A stretch of 64,000 nucleotides of DNA from an uncultured bacterium (GTDB lineage Bacteria > Patescibacteriota > JABMPQ01 > CAVVCK01): the NCBI GenBank assembly GCA_963746775.1, contig CAVVCK010000001.1, forward strand, positions 483,151 through 547,150, given 5' to 3'. A model generated the notes under the pieces. That model ran no database searches. It was not told the origin of the DNA and was given only the letters and a program-made list of their open reading frames with translations. Within the stretch, counting starts at the first letter, position 1, and the number at the start of each line of letters is the position of its first letter. This document shows positions 31,267-40,915 of the stretch, piece by piece. Position numbers and translations under genes: made by a program.

Positions 31267-31339
31267 GGGCCTCTAGCTCATCTGGTAGAGCGCATCCATG
31301 GCATGGATGAGGTGAGGAGTTCGAGTCTCCTGAGGTCCA
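31267..31339 (+). tRNA. tRNA-Ala(GGC)
   Basis: G3:U70 pair, CATCC-ATGGCAT-GGATG anticodon arm. Confidence 0.95.
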
Positions 31340-31343
31340 TAGT

Positions 31344-31415
31344 GGTGACTATAGTTCAATGGTAGAACACTAGTCTGTGGCACTAGTTACGAGGGTTCGA
31401 TTCCCTCTAGTCACC
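31344..31415 (+). tRNA. tRNA-His(GTG)
   Basis: Encoded G-1:C73, CTAGT-CTGTGGC-ACTAG anticodon arm. Confidence 0.95.
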
Positions 31416-31657
31416 TTGGTGATATATAAAAATATTTTTTTTAAAGTAATACTTAATTCAAAAATATAAAAGCCCATTATGGGTCTTTTTTATTTATTCT
31501 TTTAATGATTCTAAAAATACTAATAATTAAAAATAAGCAACCTCTAAAATGGGAAAAGGCGCCATTCATTGAACGTGTACGTTCTCCGAAATGACGCCTT
31601 GAGATGTGCAAATGAGCTTGGGTCGAGTTGACCCGGGATGGGAAAAGAACGGTAGGT

Positions 31658-32920
31658 CTAGAAAAGCTGGTCAAGGATGACTCCCAGTCGGTCGCGATTG
31701 ACCAAACCTTCCTTGACTAGGGTGTTAATGGAAGGAATTACCCTATCAGCCTTTTTTGACCGGCAGATCGGAGCGCCAGCAGTCTCCGGAAGAATAGGAA
31801 CAACTTCCATCTGTCCAAACCGCTGGTTGATCCCCTCGATATCCTCAAGCGACCAGGTGTGACTGGGCTTGCCGGTCATGGCGAACGCGTTAATAGCCCT
31901 GCAGATCATATGCATCATGCACTGTTCTGCCCAGCGTCCGTTACAACCGTCAACCCTCGAACCTGGAATGACCACTTGGCTAGTAGTGTGGCCGAAGCCA
32001 TTGAGGTTCCTCCCCTCGATTCCGAAGTTGATGATCGTCTCCAACACGTAGCTAGTGGCGAGTGGGATCCGCAGGAAGTCTTCAGCCCGGATGATCCGTT
32101 CGCCCGTGAGCATCCAGGTTAGGCGGAGCAGGCTGGGCTGGATCTGTCGAATAAAAGCGGAAACTGCTGGGTCGGGGTGAAAGGCAGCGATACTCTCCAA
32201 CCCAACTCGTGCGGCGTAGACTGCTTCGTTGCCGCGATCCACTTGACAGCCCAACACATGATTGTGCCGATGCGACGCTACCACTAGCGGGTAGGTCAAA
32301 AAACGCGCCCCATTATAGGAACGAACATCAATAAGCTCGGAGTCGTGCATCATAATGCATGCATCCTCGTAGATCGTGCCACGCTCCATCATCGCCTGAA
32401 CGATGGCCAAGCCAACCATGATGGGAATGCCCTTGCCCACAACATTTTGACGCTGAAGACTAAGAAGCTGGAAGAGTTCGGGACTGACGGATTGATCAAG
32501 AACGTGCTGTACATCGATGACCGGAACCTCCCAACGCCTGACCTCAACAACAGCTTCTTCACCAGAACGATCATTTAAAACAATAACGTTTTGGCGCGGA
32601 ATCTGGCAGTCGTTCAACAGGTAGTCCAAAACCTCCCGGGGCACGAATTCGGGCTCACCGCCCTGCTCGTGCATCGGGATCAGAACCACGATTTTGCCAC
32701 TTTGAAGTATATTGTCAACATCTTCTTTCGCCTGGTGGATTCCAACCTCACCAGGATCGTAGAGTCCCGCTTCCATTTCCCGGCAAAACTCGGAGGCAAT
32801 CTTCTCGTTGTCATTACAGAACAGCCGCAAAGCACGCTCTCTGTCCACGCCCCTCGTTCGTTCTTTAGCAGTTTCACCACCAGTCGCACTACCCAGTCCC
32901 ACAGTACCAAACCGTTCCAT
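31658..32920 (-). CDS. Divergent GT-A glycosyltransferase, glucosyl/mannosyl-3-phosphoglycerate synthase-like; GC-rich
   Basis: VVLIP, LNDRS, GKG, MHDSEL, LTGERIIR, IPLATSYVLE correspond to GpgS/MpgS motifs; clearly higher GC than flanks. Confidence 0.55.
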   Translation of the reverse strand: MERFGTVGLGSATGGETAKERTRGVDRERALRLFCNDNEKIASEFCREMEAGLYDPGEVGIHQAKEDVDNILQSGKIVVLIPMHEQGGEPEFVPREVLDYLLNDCQIPRQNVIVLNDRSGEEAVVEVRRWEVPVIDVQHVLDQSVSPELFQLLSLQRQNVVGKGIPIMVGLAIVQAMMERGTIYEDACIMMHDSELIDVRSYNGARFLTYPLVVASHRHNHVLGCQVDRGNEAVYAARVGLESIAAFHPDPAVSAFIRQIQPSLLRLTWMLTGERIIRAEDFLRIPLATSYVLETIINFGIEGRNLNGFGHTTSQVVIPGSRVDGCNGRWAEQCMMHMICRAINAFAMTGKPSHTWSLEDIEGINQRFGQMEVVPILPETAGAPICRSKKADRVIPSINTLVKEGLVNRDRLGVILDQLF

Positions 32921-33031
32921 AGCCTCTCCTTGAGACCCATCGAGTCTCTCGTTCCCCCTTGGTTAATTAAAAAAGGTGCTTTCTGATTCAAAAAAGAAGG
33001 CAAATTTTACCTCCTTTTTCGAATCTAAAAG

Positions 33032-34186
33032 CTATGAAATTTTAAGGAAATTAAAGCTGGTCCTTGCTTGATATAGCATCTCCGCAGTTAGAAGATTCCA
33101 ACTGACAAATCTCGGTGCACATAAAGGTTTTCCAGAATCCGCATGGTAATTCTCGTGCATACCGCCTGTTTTTTTAATATCTTGCAAACATAAATTAGTA
33201 ATTTTTTTGGCTAACATTTTTGCTTCTTTCCTAAAACCATAATTTAACAAAATATGCAGGCAAAAATAATTAGCAATGGGCCAAATAGGTCCCTGCCAAT
33301 TAGAGCAAGGCTTAATGATAGCCTTGTTATTATAATCAGGATCATCATAGGCTAGCGTCCTTACGCCATATTTTGACCAAAGCTTTTTCGGATTTAACAT
33401 ATATTTTCTAATCATTTCTATCCCCTTCTCTTCTGGCAATAACTTTTCCCATAAGGGAATAAAATTAGAATAAGTATGCCTTTTAATTAATTTTCCATCT
33501 TTAGTATCCAAATTATAATAACTTTTATCATTCTCATCCCATAAATATTTATTGATATTTCTTTTTATTTTATGAGCTTTTTCTCTATATATTTTTTCTT
33601 TCTCGGATTTGCCTAAATTGCAAGCAATTAAGCTTAGACATTTATATTCACGATACAAGAAAGTATTAAGATCTGCACCAATAATGGTTTTTTTGGGGTA
33701 TGGCGCTACAGCTACATTATTATCTGCTCCACATTCCATTCCGTTATACCACATAGCCAGGTCATATTTTTTGCTCCACATATATCTTTCGCGGTAAGTA
33801 GCCGCTTTTTCTAATTTATCAAAATATTTCTCAATCCAAGTAAAATCTTCTAAATTTTTAGCGGCAAAATAAACTTGTTGTACTAAAAAAGGTTTTACAT
33901 GATATAGCCGCTTATCTCTGCCTTTGGGTGTAACTAATCCAGGGGTAAAGCCTGTTTTATGATTAACACAATTCAAATAATTTAAGGCACAGTTCTTCAT
34001 ATAAATAGCTTCCGAAGGAATCTCAGAGGCCAGAGCTACACCAATAAAAAAAGAATCCCAGTCCCACTGTTCCTGGTAAGGTCCGCAAGGGACGAGATAA
34101 TCATATTTTAGAGCACCCTTGGCCTTCTTTTTAACCTCTGATCTATACGAGAAAAAGTGTTTTTTAAGCTGTTCTTCTGTAGTCAT
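33032..34186 (-). CDS. (alpha/alpha)6 glycoside hydrolase, GH63/GH37-like
   Basis: QWDWDSFF, ECGADNN, WQGPIW, GGMHENY; likely start MTTEEQ. Confidence 0.8.
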   Translation of the reverse strand: MTTEEQLKKHFFSYRSEVKKKAKGALKYDYLVPCGPYQEQWDWDSFFIGVALASEIPSEAIYMKNCALNYLNCVNHKTGFTPGLVTPKGRDKRLYHVKPFLVQQVYFAAKNLEDFTWIEKYFDKLEKAATYRERYMWSKKYDLAMWYNGMECGADNNVAVAPYPKKTIIGADLNTFLYREYKCLSLIACNLGKSEKEKIYREKAHKIKRNINKYLWDENDKSYYNLDTKDGKLIKRHTYSNFIPLWEKLLPEEKGIEMIRKYMLNPKKLWSKYGVRTLAYDDPDYNNKAIIKPCSNWQGPIWPIANYFCLHILLNYGFRKEAKMLAKKITNLCLQDIKKTGGMHENYHADSGKPLCAPRFVSWNLLTAEMLYQARTSFNFLKIS

Positions 34187-34345
34187 AAAGTATTTTTTTC
34201 TAAATAATATTTTATCATACAGTATCATACACACACATTTTACTTATTTTACTAAATTATCTCTATAGAGGTCAATACATTTTTTGTGCATAAAAATAGC
34301 CAATTTTATTTTGGCTATTTTAAAATAAAATTTAACCATCTAAAC

Positions 34346-34383
34346 AAAATACCCCAATGTTTTTAAGAAACATTGGGGTATTT
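34346..34383. terminator. Hairpin terminator after gap
   Basis: AAATACCCCAATGTTT...AAACATTGGGGTATTT. Confidence 0.7.
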
Positions 34384-34425
34384 AAACTAAATCTATTTTA
34401 TTAATTTCTATATACTATTAAAAAA

Positions 34426-35448
34426 CTATTTTTCTTGTTTCCCAATATACTCAACCAATTTCATCATATTAGAGGCATAACCCCATTCATTATCATACCA
34501 AGCAATAATTTTGATTAGTCTCTTATCTAAAACATCCGTGGAGAGGGCATCAACTGTAGAAGCCATAGCATTGCCTCTGTAATCAATCGAAACTAAAGGT
34601 AGATCACTAACAGCTAATACGCCTTTCATTTCTCCTCTTGCTGCTTCTCTAAAGGTTTTATTTAAACTTTCAATATCTGCATCTTTTTCAATTTCACATA
34701 CTAAGTCTACTACTGAGACAGTAATAGTAGGTACGCGCAAAGAAATGCCTTTCAATTTACCGGCCATTTCTGGAATTACTTTGGCTACTGCTTCACTGGC
34801 ACCAGTGGTGGTTGGAATGATAGATTCACAAGCAGCTCGGGATCTTCTTAAATCATCTTTCTTATGAGGCGCATCATGTAAATTTTGGTCATTAGTGTAA
34901 GAGTGAATTGTATTCATAAATCCGTGTTTTATGCCATAAGCTTTATGTAATACTTTACAGATAGGGGCTAAACAAGTAGTGGTGCAAGAAGCAGCTGATA
35001 TAATCTTATCTTTTTCTGGATCATAATCTTTTTCATTAATGCCAGCAATTATAGTCTTAATATTATCCCCTTTACCAGGAGCGGAAATTAATACTCTTTT
35101 AGCTCCTGCAGTCAGATGTTTATCGCAATCTTCATATTTTCTAAAAGCACCGGTAGCCTCGATTACTAAATCAACACCTAAATCTTTCCAAGGAAGTTCT
35201 GCCGGATCATCTATATGCAGCATTTTAATTCTCTTTCCATCAATAATAAAATCTTTATCATCAACTTTTATTTCTTTATCCCAAACACCATAAATTGAGT
35301 CATATTTAATCAAATGGGTATAAACATCAATGGAAGAGCGGCTATTGGCGGCTACTAAGTTAATATTAGGATTTTCTATTGCCTGCCTAAAGGCTGTTCG
35401 GCCAATTCTGCCTAGGCCATTGATAGCTACGTTTAATTGTTTAGACAT
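34426..35448 (-). CDS. gap: Glyceraldehyde-3-phosphate dehydrogenase, type I
   Basis: NGLGRIGR, ASCTTTCLAP, WYDNEWGY. Confidence 0.97.
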   Translation of the reverse strand: MSKQLNVAINGLGRIGRTAFRQAIENPNINLVAANSRSSIDVYTHLIKYDSIYGVWDKEIKVDDKDFIIDGKRIKMLHIDDPAELPWKDLGVDLVIEATGAFRKYEDCDKHLTAGAKRVLISAPGKGDNIKTIIAGINEKDYDPEKDKIISAASCTTTCLAPICKVLHKAYGIKHGFMNTIHSYTNDQNLHDAPHKKDDLRRSRAACESIIPTTTGASEAVAKVIPEMAGKLKGISLRVPTITVSVVDLVCEIEKDADIESLNKTFREAARGEMKGVLAVSDLPLVSIDYRGNAMASTVDALSTDVLDKRLIKIIAWYDNEWGYASNMMKLVEYIGKQEK

Positions 35449-35523
35449 TTTTTTAAATTAAATAAAATATTTTCCCGACTTTAGTCGGAAATTATTATCC
35501 TGCTAAAGCAGGGTTAATAACTT

Positions 35524-36600
35524 TTAAACAATTTCTATTTCCTTACACAAATAAACATCCTGTACTGCATTAATAATCTCTACCCCTTCTTCCATTGGTC
35601 TTTGAAAAGCTTTGCGACCCAATATCAATCCACTGCCACCTGCCCTTTTATTAACTGTGGCTGTATAGATGGCATCATGTAAATCATTGCCGCCGCTTGA
35701 TCCGCCAGAATTAATCAAACCAATTCTGCCCATATAGCAATTGGCTATTTGATAACGACACAAATCAATAGGATGATCGCTGGCTAAATCTGTATACATT
35801 TTCTCATCGTATTTACCATATTTTTCAGTTTTATTCATATATTCATAGCCGCCGTTTAATTCCGGAAGTTTTTGTTTAATAATATCTGCTCCTATAGTTA
35901 CACCTAAATAATTTGCTTGTCCAGTCAGATCTGCAGAGGTGTGATAATTATGTTCATCATCGGCTTTAAAAGCATTATTACGCAAATAACACCAAAGAAT
36001 AGTAAACATACCCATTTCATGAGCTTCTGCAAAAGCTTTACTTACTTCCTGAATCTGCCTCTTGGATTCTTCTGAGCCAAAATAGATGGTAGCACCTACT
36101 CCTAGAGCTCCCATATTATGAGCTTCTTTGGGGGAAGTAAACATTATCTGGTCATAGGTGTTAGGATATCTTAAAATTTCATTATGATTAAGTTTAACAA
36201 TAAAAGGAATTTTATCAGCATATTTTTTAGACATCATGGCTAATATACCGTAAGTTGAAGCTACTCCATTACAACCAGCCTCAATAGCTAATTTAATTAT
36301 ATTTTCTGGATCAAAATAATCAGGATTTTTAGCAAAGCTTGCTCCAGCTGAATGCTCAACCCCCTGATCTACGGGTAAAATAGAATAGTAGCCAGTGCCA
36401 GAGAGTCTTCCGTGATCTCTTAATTTCTTTAAATTTTCTTTAACTTTATCGCTTCTATTAGATAAATTAAAAACATTATCAATATGATTTGGTCCTGGAA
36501 CATGCAAGCGTTCTTTTTTTATTTTTGGATCATTAAAATCTAATAATTTTTCGGAATCATTTTCTAAAATTTTTTGAATTGATGAAAAATCATAGGACAT
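35524..36600 (-). CDS. fbaB: Class I fructose-bisphosphate aldolase
   Basis: [36 protein letters not shown]. Confidence 0.93.
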   Translation of the reverse strand: MSYDFSSIQKILENDSEKLLDFNDPKIKKERLHVPGPNHIDNVFNLSNRSDKVKENLKKLRDHGRLSGTGYYSILPVDQGVEHSAGASFAKNPDYFDPENIIKLAIEAGCNGVASTYGILAMMSKKYADKIPFIVKLNHNEILRYPNTYDQIMFTSPKEAHNMGALGVGATIYFGSEESKRQIQEVSKAFAEAHEMGMFTILWCYLRNNAFKADDEHNYHTSADLTGQANYLGVTIGADIIKQKLPELNGGYEYMNKTEKYGKYDEKMYTDLASDHPIDLCRYQIANCYMGRIGLINSGGSSGGNDLHDAIYTATVNKRAGGSGLILGRKAFQRPMEEGVEIINAVQDVYLCKEIEIV

Positions 36601-36642
36601 AATTTTGATATATTAAAATTTATATATTATTGAACACAAGTG

Positions 36643-36740
36643 ATTACTAATTCCCAATTTCCAATAGGATGACAAATACTAAATTATTAATTTGACATTA
36701 GAAATTTTATTGGAGATCGGATATTAATTATTGGTAATTA
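36643..36740. repeat. Heptamer-period palindromic element, family B
   Basis: ATTACTAATTCCCAATTTCCAATA...ATTTTATTGGAGATCGGATATT; aligns with 62198-62300. Confidence 0.7.
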
Positions 36741-37703
36741 AATATTATAATGTCTTGTCTCAATATACCTAATAGTTTTTTCTTGCGCTCTCATACTCAT
36801 AGAAAAGGTCTTAGCACCATAAGGGGTAAAATCAACACCTCTTAAAAATGATCCGGTTGATACACCTGTAGCAATAAACATACAATCATTGCCTTGGACT
36901 AAATCATCCTGAGTCATTTTTTTATTTAAATCAGATACGCCCATTTTTATAGCTTTTTCTTTTAAACTATCGGTATCTTTGCCTTTTAATTCCCCAATAT
37001 CAAATACTAATCTGCCTTGCATTTCTCCACCTAAACATTTTATAGCAGCGGCTGTAATTACACCTTCTGGCGCTGCACCATAGCCTAGTAAAATATCAAT
37101 ATCAGAATCTTCCAAACAAGAGGCTACGCCGCCTGATACATCGCCATCTGATATTAAAGTAAGCCTTGCCCCTTCTTGGCGTACTTCTTCAATTAATTTA
37201 GCATTATAATCTCTCTCTAGCATTATTACCATTAAATCCCTAACATTCATACTCTTTGCTTGTGCGACTGCTTTTAGATTATCGGCTACTGATTTATCTA
37301 GATCTATCATACCTTTAGCTTCTGGTCCGACAGCGATTTTTTGCATATAGACATCTGGGGCGTGAAGCATAGTACCTTGTGGGGCAGCAGCCATAACGGC
37401 AATAGCATTAGGTCGGCCATAAGCGACACTATTAGTACACTCTAGTGGATCAACAGCAATATCTATTGCATCACCGCTGCCTTTGCCAACTTCCTCACCT
37501 ATAAATAGCATTGGAGCTTCGTCTCGCTCGCCTTCGCCAATTACAATTCTGCCTTTCATTTCCAGGTTGTTAAAATATTTTCTCATCTCTTCGGTAGCAG
37601 CACTATCAGCCGCATCTTTATCACCTCTGCCATAAAACCTAGCAGAAGCAATAGCTGCTGCCTCGGTTACTTTCACAAAATCTAGAGCTAAATTTTTATC
37701 CAT
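36738..37703 (-). CDS. glpX: Class II fructose-1,6-bisphosphatase
   Basis: IGEGERDEAPML, DIAVDPLECT, DGDV, APEGV; start MDKNLALD. Confidence 0.95.
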   Translation of the reverse strand: MDKNLALDFVKVTEAAAIASARFYGRGDKDAADSAATEEMRKYFNNLEMKGRIVIGEGERDEAPMLFIGEEVGKGSGDAIDIAVDPLECTNSVAYGRPNAIAVMAAAPQGTMLHAPDVYMQKIAVGPEAKGMIDLDKSVADNLKAVAQAKSMNVRDLMVIMLERDYNAKLIEEVRQEGARLTLISDGDVSGGVASCLEDSDIDILLGYGAAPEGVITAAAIKCLGGEMQGRLVFDIGELKGKDTDSLKEKAIKMGVSDLNKKMTQDDLVQGNDCMFIATGVSTGSFLRGVDFTPYGAKTFSMSMRAQEKTIRYIETRHYNI

Positions 37704-37717
37704 TATTTTATTATTAA

Positions 37718-37815
37718 AAAACATTAAAACTTAAAAACAATAAAAACAAAATATTATAAATAGGCATTATTTCTTTGTATTTTGTTTTTATGTTCTAGTG
37801 CTTTATTGTTCTTGT
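37718..37815. repeat. Octamer-period palindromic element, family D
   Basis: AAAACATT AAAACTTA AAAACAAT ... TGTTTTTA TGTTCTAG TGCTTTAT TGTTCTTG. Confidence 0.7.
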
Positions 37816-37872
37816 GAATTCACATACCATCATACGATATTAAACGTTTTGGTCAATTATCTTTGTGGATAA

Positions 37873-38716
37873 TTATTTACTCGGCCATTCTTTCTTAGCT
37901 CGTTCGTAGGCCTGTGGTGTACCTATATCATACCATTCACCATCAAAATGATAACCGTGCAAACTTCCTTCCATAGCTAATTTGGGCAAAACATCTCTTT
38001 CAAATTTGGAATATTTTTTATTCTTAGGTACTAATTTTAAAACTTTAGGGTCAATGACATAAATACCAGCTGAAATAACCCTAGATAAATTTGGCTTTCT
38101 TTCAGGCTTTTCTAAAAATCCTAAGATTTTACTTCCTCTTAATTTTACTACTCCATAGCCTTCTGGATTTTGAACAGAAGTTAGGGCGAGGGTTACGGCA
38201 CTATTTTTCTCTTCATGAAAAGCTAGTAAATCTTTCAAATCAACATTAGCTAGTGTGTCTCCATAAAGCATTAGGAATGATTCATCGGATAAATATTTTC
38301 TAGCTTTATAGATAGCATTTCCAGTGCCTATTCTATCATTGCATTTAACATAAGTAATTTTTACTCCAAATTTTTCTCCATTTTTAAAATAATTTTTTAT
38401 GGCATTACCCTTGTAGCCTATTAATATAATAATATCTCTAATTCCATTTTCTTTTAATTGATTAATAATGTGCTCTAAGACTGGTTTTCCCTGGACTTTC
38501 AACATAGTTTTGGGTGCATCTATGGTTAGAGATTTAACCTTACTTCCTCTTGTACCAGCCAAAATATAGGCTTTTTTAATGCCAGAGCGTAATCCTTTCA
38601 TTACTAAATATTCAATAGCATGGGACCTATTTCTGATTTTTTCTTTATCTATAACATTGTTCTATCTGAGGAAGAAGATCTTTATCAATTGTAATGGTTA
38701 TTCTAGATCGATGCAT
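37873..38716 (-). pseudogene. Ribbon-helix-helix + sugar-phosphate nucleotidyltransferase fusion with +1 frameshift at codon 19 (domain 37873-38601 intact)
   Basis: MHRSRITITIDKDLLPQI joins DNVIDKEKIRNRSHAIEYLVMKGL if one A of GAAC (38660/38661) is removed; ILAGTRG..PKTML, YGD, WYDIGT. Confidence 0.75.
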
Positions 38717-38919
38717 AAAGTTTAATTATTATAATTTTATTATAACAAAAAATATGCTTTAGAAAAGTAAAAAAGTATAAAAACATATATTAAACCTCTA
38801 ATTAATTCAAAAAGACCTACAATTAAGCCTTTTTAGTTTATCTAGAAAGTTGTTATTTAAATGGTTTGGAAAGAACGGGTGAATGATGGTTTTATACCCC
38901 ATTGCCATCTTTTTCTAGA

Positions 38920-39215
38920 AGGTCAGGATTTTCTACTGCAAATCCTCTGGTTGGCAAGTAGAATCAGAAAATTTTCAAGATGCTAATGGTGCTTACTAAG
39001 ATGCAGATAAGATTTATACTATTAAATTTCAAAATAAAGATAATAGTGAAACCAATATTGAATTTAGAAACCCTATTTTAGAGACAGGCTATGAAGCTTG
39101 TAAAGTAGCTTTCGAAGAAATGGAACTAGATTTTAATGAAACCAACCCTAATAAAATGAGCCCAGCCTTAATTATCTGTTATAGACAGGACTTTCTTGTT
39201 ATAATAAATATATGA
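38920..39215 (+). pseudogene. Possible degraded gene remnant
   Basis: Coding-like frame WQVESENFQDANGAY*DADKIYTIKFQ... with one internal TAA and no clear start. Confidence 0.25.
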
Positions 39216-40141
39216 AAATAATAAAAAAATTAACTATTATATTATTAGCTATTGATTTTTTTATAATTACTTTAACTGGTCTTATTAAAGCGCTAGAGCT
39301 TTATAATATTTCAGATACTGGATTTAGGCTTCTGCCAAGATATACAGTTAATTTGTTTCATGATATCAGTGGGATCGTATTTATATTATTAATATTGATT
39401 CATCTAATTATTAAAAGGCAATATTTTATTGCTCCTCAGATTTTAAATAAGAAATTTTTAAAAATAAGAATTTGGGTTTATTATTTAATTTTGTTTTTAA
39501 TTTTAGCTGGATCAATAACTGTTCTATATACTAGTCAGCTTAATTTAGCTAGTAATACGGTGAAGCAATTAGCTAGGAGTGAAGTAAAAGAATATCAAGG
39601 AGAAAAGCTTGATTCTATAATTGATTTAGAAAATACTGGTATCAAAGGAACACAGAACATTAATATTGAAGATTATTCTTTGAATATAGAGGGTTTAGTT
39701 AATAATCCCAGATCTTATACTTATGATGAAGTATTGCAGTTACAGAAATATTCCAAAGTAGTAGAATTAAATTGTGTAGTTGGCTGGAGAGCTAAAATAT
39801 TATGGGAAGGTATTAAACTAATTGATTTATTAGATGGGTCTAATATAAAAGATAATGCCAAAGAAGTAATATTTTATGCGGAGGACGGTTACTCTACTTC
39901 CCTATCCCTAAATTATATAAGAGACAATAATATTTTATTAGCATATAAAATAAATGGTGTTGTTTTGCCACCAGAGAAAGGATTTCCTTTTCAACTAGTG
40001 GCAGAGCAGAAATGGGGTTATAAATGGATAAAATGGATTACTAAAATAGAGTTATCGGATAATACAGATTATAAAGGAACTTATGAAAGCAGTGGCTATA
40101 GTAAAGATGGAGATTTGGATAAGCCGAAGAGAGGAAAATAA
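39212..40141 (+). CDS. Molybdopterin-dependent oxidoreductase (sulfite oxidase/MsrP-like) with N-terminal membrane domain
   Basis: LNCVVGW, DGYSTSL, LAYKING..LPPEKGFP, WGYKWIKWI. Confidence 0.88.
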   Translation: MKIIKKLTIILLAIDFFIITLTGLIKALELYNISDTGFRLLPRYTVNLFHDISGIVFILLILIHLIIKRQYFIAPQILNKKFLKIRIWVYYLILFLILAGSITVLYTSQLNLASNTVKQLARSEVKEYQGEKLDSIIDLENTGIKGTQNINIEDYSLNIEGLVNNPRSYTYDEVLQLQKYSKVVELNCVVGWRAKILWEGIKLIDLLDGSNIKDNAKEVIFYAEDGYSTSLSLNYIRDNNILLAYKINGVVLPPEKGFPFQLVAEQKWGYKWIKWITKIELSDNTDYKGTYESSGYSKDGDLDKPKRGK

Positions 40142-40196
40142 ATTTTATAATTAATTTATATTTGTTATAATAGTATATAGAAATTAATAAAATTGT

Positions 40197-40349
40197 ATGG
40201 ATAAAGAAGATAGAATATTTAATGAGGAAATAGATTTATCGGAAGAAAATCGTCCGCCTTTTCAGTTTGATGAAAAATTAGAAAAAGCTCTTGATAAGGT
40301 AAAGAAAATAATTGAATCAGAGGAGGAAGATGCTAAAAGAAATTGCTAG
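40197..40349 (+). CDS. Small acidic protein, putative antitoxin
   Basis: MDKEDRIFNEEIDLSEENRPPFQFDEKLEKALDKVKKIIESEEEDAKRNC; overlaps the PIN gene start; not in ORF track. Confidence 0.55.
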   Translation: MDKEDRIFNEEIDLSEENRPPFQFDEKLEKALDKVKKIIESEEEDAKRNC

Positions 40350-40872
40350 AAAATATCTGTTATTAGATACTAATATTTTAGTTGATTCTGCAAAATATAA
40401 AGATAATTTTAAGCCTTTTTATGCTGAATTAAAAAAGCTTAATGTTGCTCCCGTGATAGACAGCTCAATTAAGTTAGAATTTTTAAGGAGTGCAAATAAT
40501 ATAAAAAATTTACAAGAAAAAATCTGGTGTTTAAATGTTTTATTGGGTAGTCAAAAAGACAGACTAGAACTTCCAATTACTGACGAAACGCTTATAGATG
40601 CTAGAAAGCTATCTAATTTATATCATCACTTAAAAATTAAGAAGAAGAAATCAATATCAGTAGTAGATTGTTTATTAGCTGCTCATTTAAAAAAATATAT
40701 TAATAATCTTTATCTAGCTACATCTAATAATAGTGATTTTACTACTAAAATATTTGATAGAATTCATATATTTAATATAGGAATAAACGATGAAATTAGG
40801 AATATTGGTATCTATAAATACTCGGAAAAGAAATACCTAGAAGTTTTAGAAAAATTCAAAAGAAGTAAATAA
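40330..40872 (+). CDS. PIN-domain protein (VapC-like)
   Basis: LLLDTNIL, LEFL, SVVDCLLAA, TSNNSDF; AGGAGG before ATG 40330. Confidence 0.85.
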   Translation: MLKEIARKYLLLDTNILVDSAKYKDNFKPFYAELKKLNVAPVIDSSIKLEFLRSANNIKNLQEKIWCLNVLLGSQKDRLELPITDETLIDARKLSNLYHHLKIKKKKSISVVDCLLAAHLKKYINNLYLATSNNSDFTTKIFDRIHIFNIGINDEIRNIGIYKYSEKKYLEVLEKFKRSK

Positions 40873-40896
40873 AAAACCCGCTAAACAGCGGGTTTT
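40871..40896. terminator. Bidirectional intrinsic terminator
   Basis: AAAAAACCCGCT-AAAC-AGCGGGTTTT. Confidence 0.8.
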
Positions 40897-40915
40897 AAAA
40901 TTCTTCAAATTATTT

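Noticed and set aside
31677-33003. Many overlapping ORFs in the GC-rich segment
   Set aside because: Expected from scarce stop codons at higher GC; only 31658-32920 has recognisable motifs
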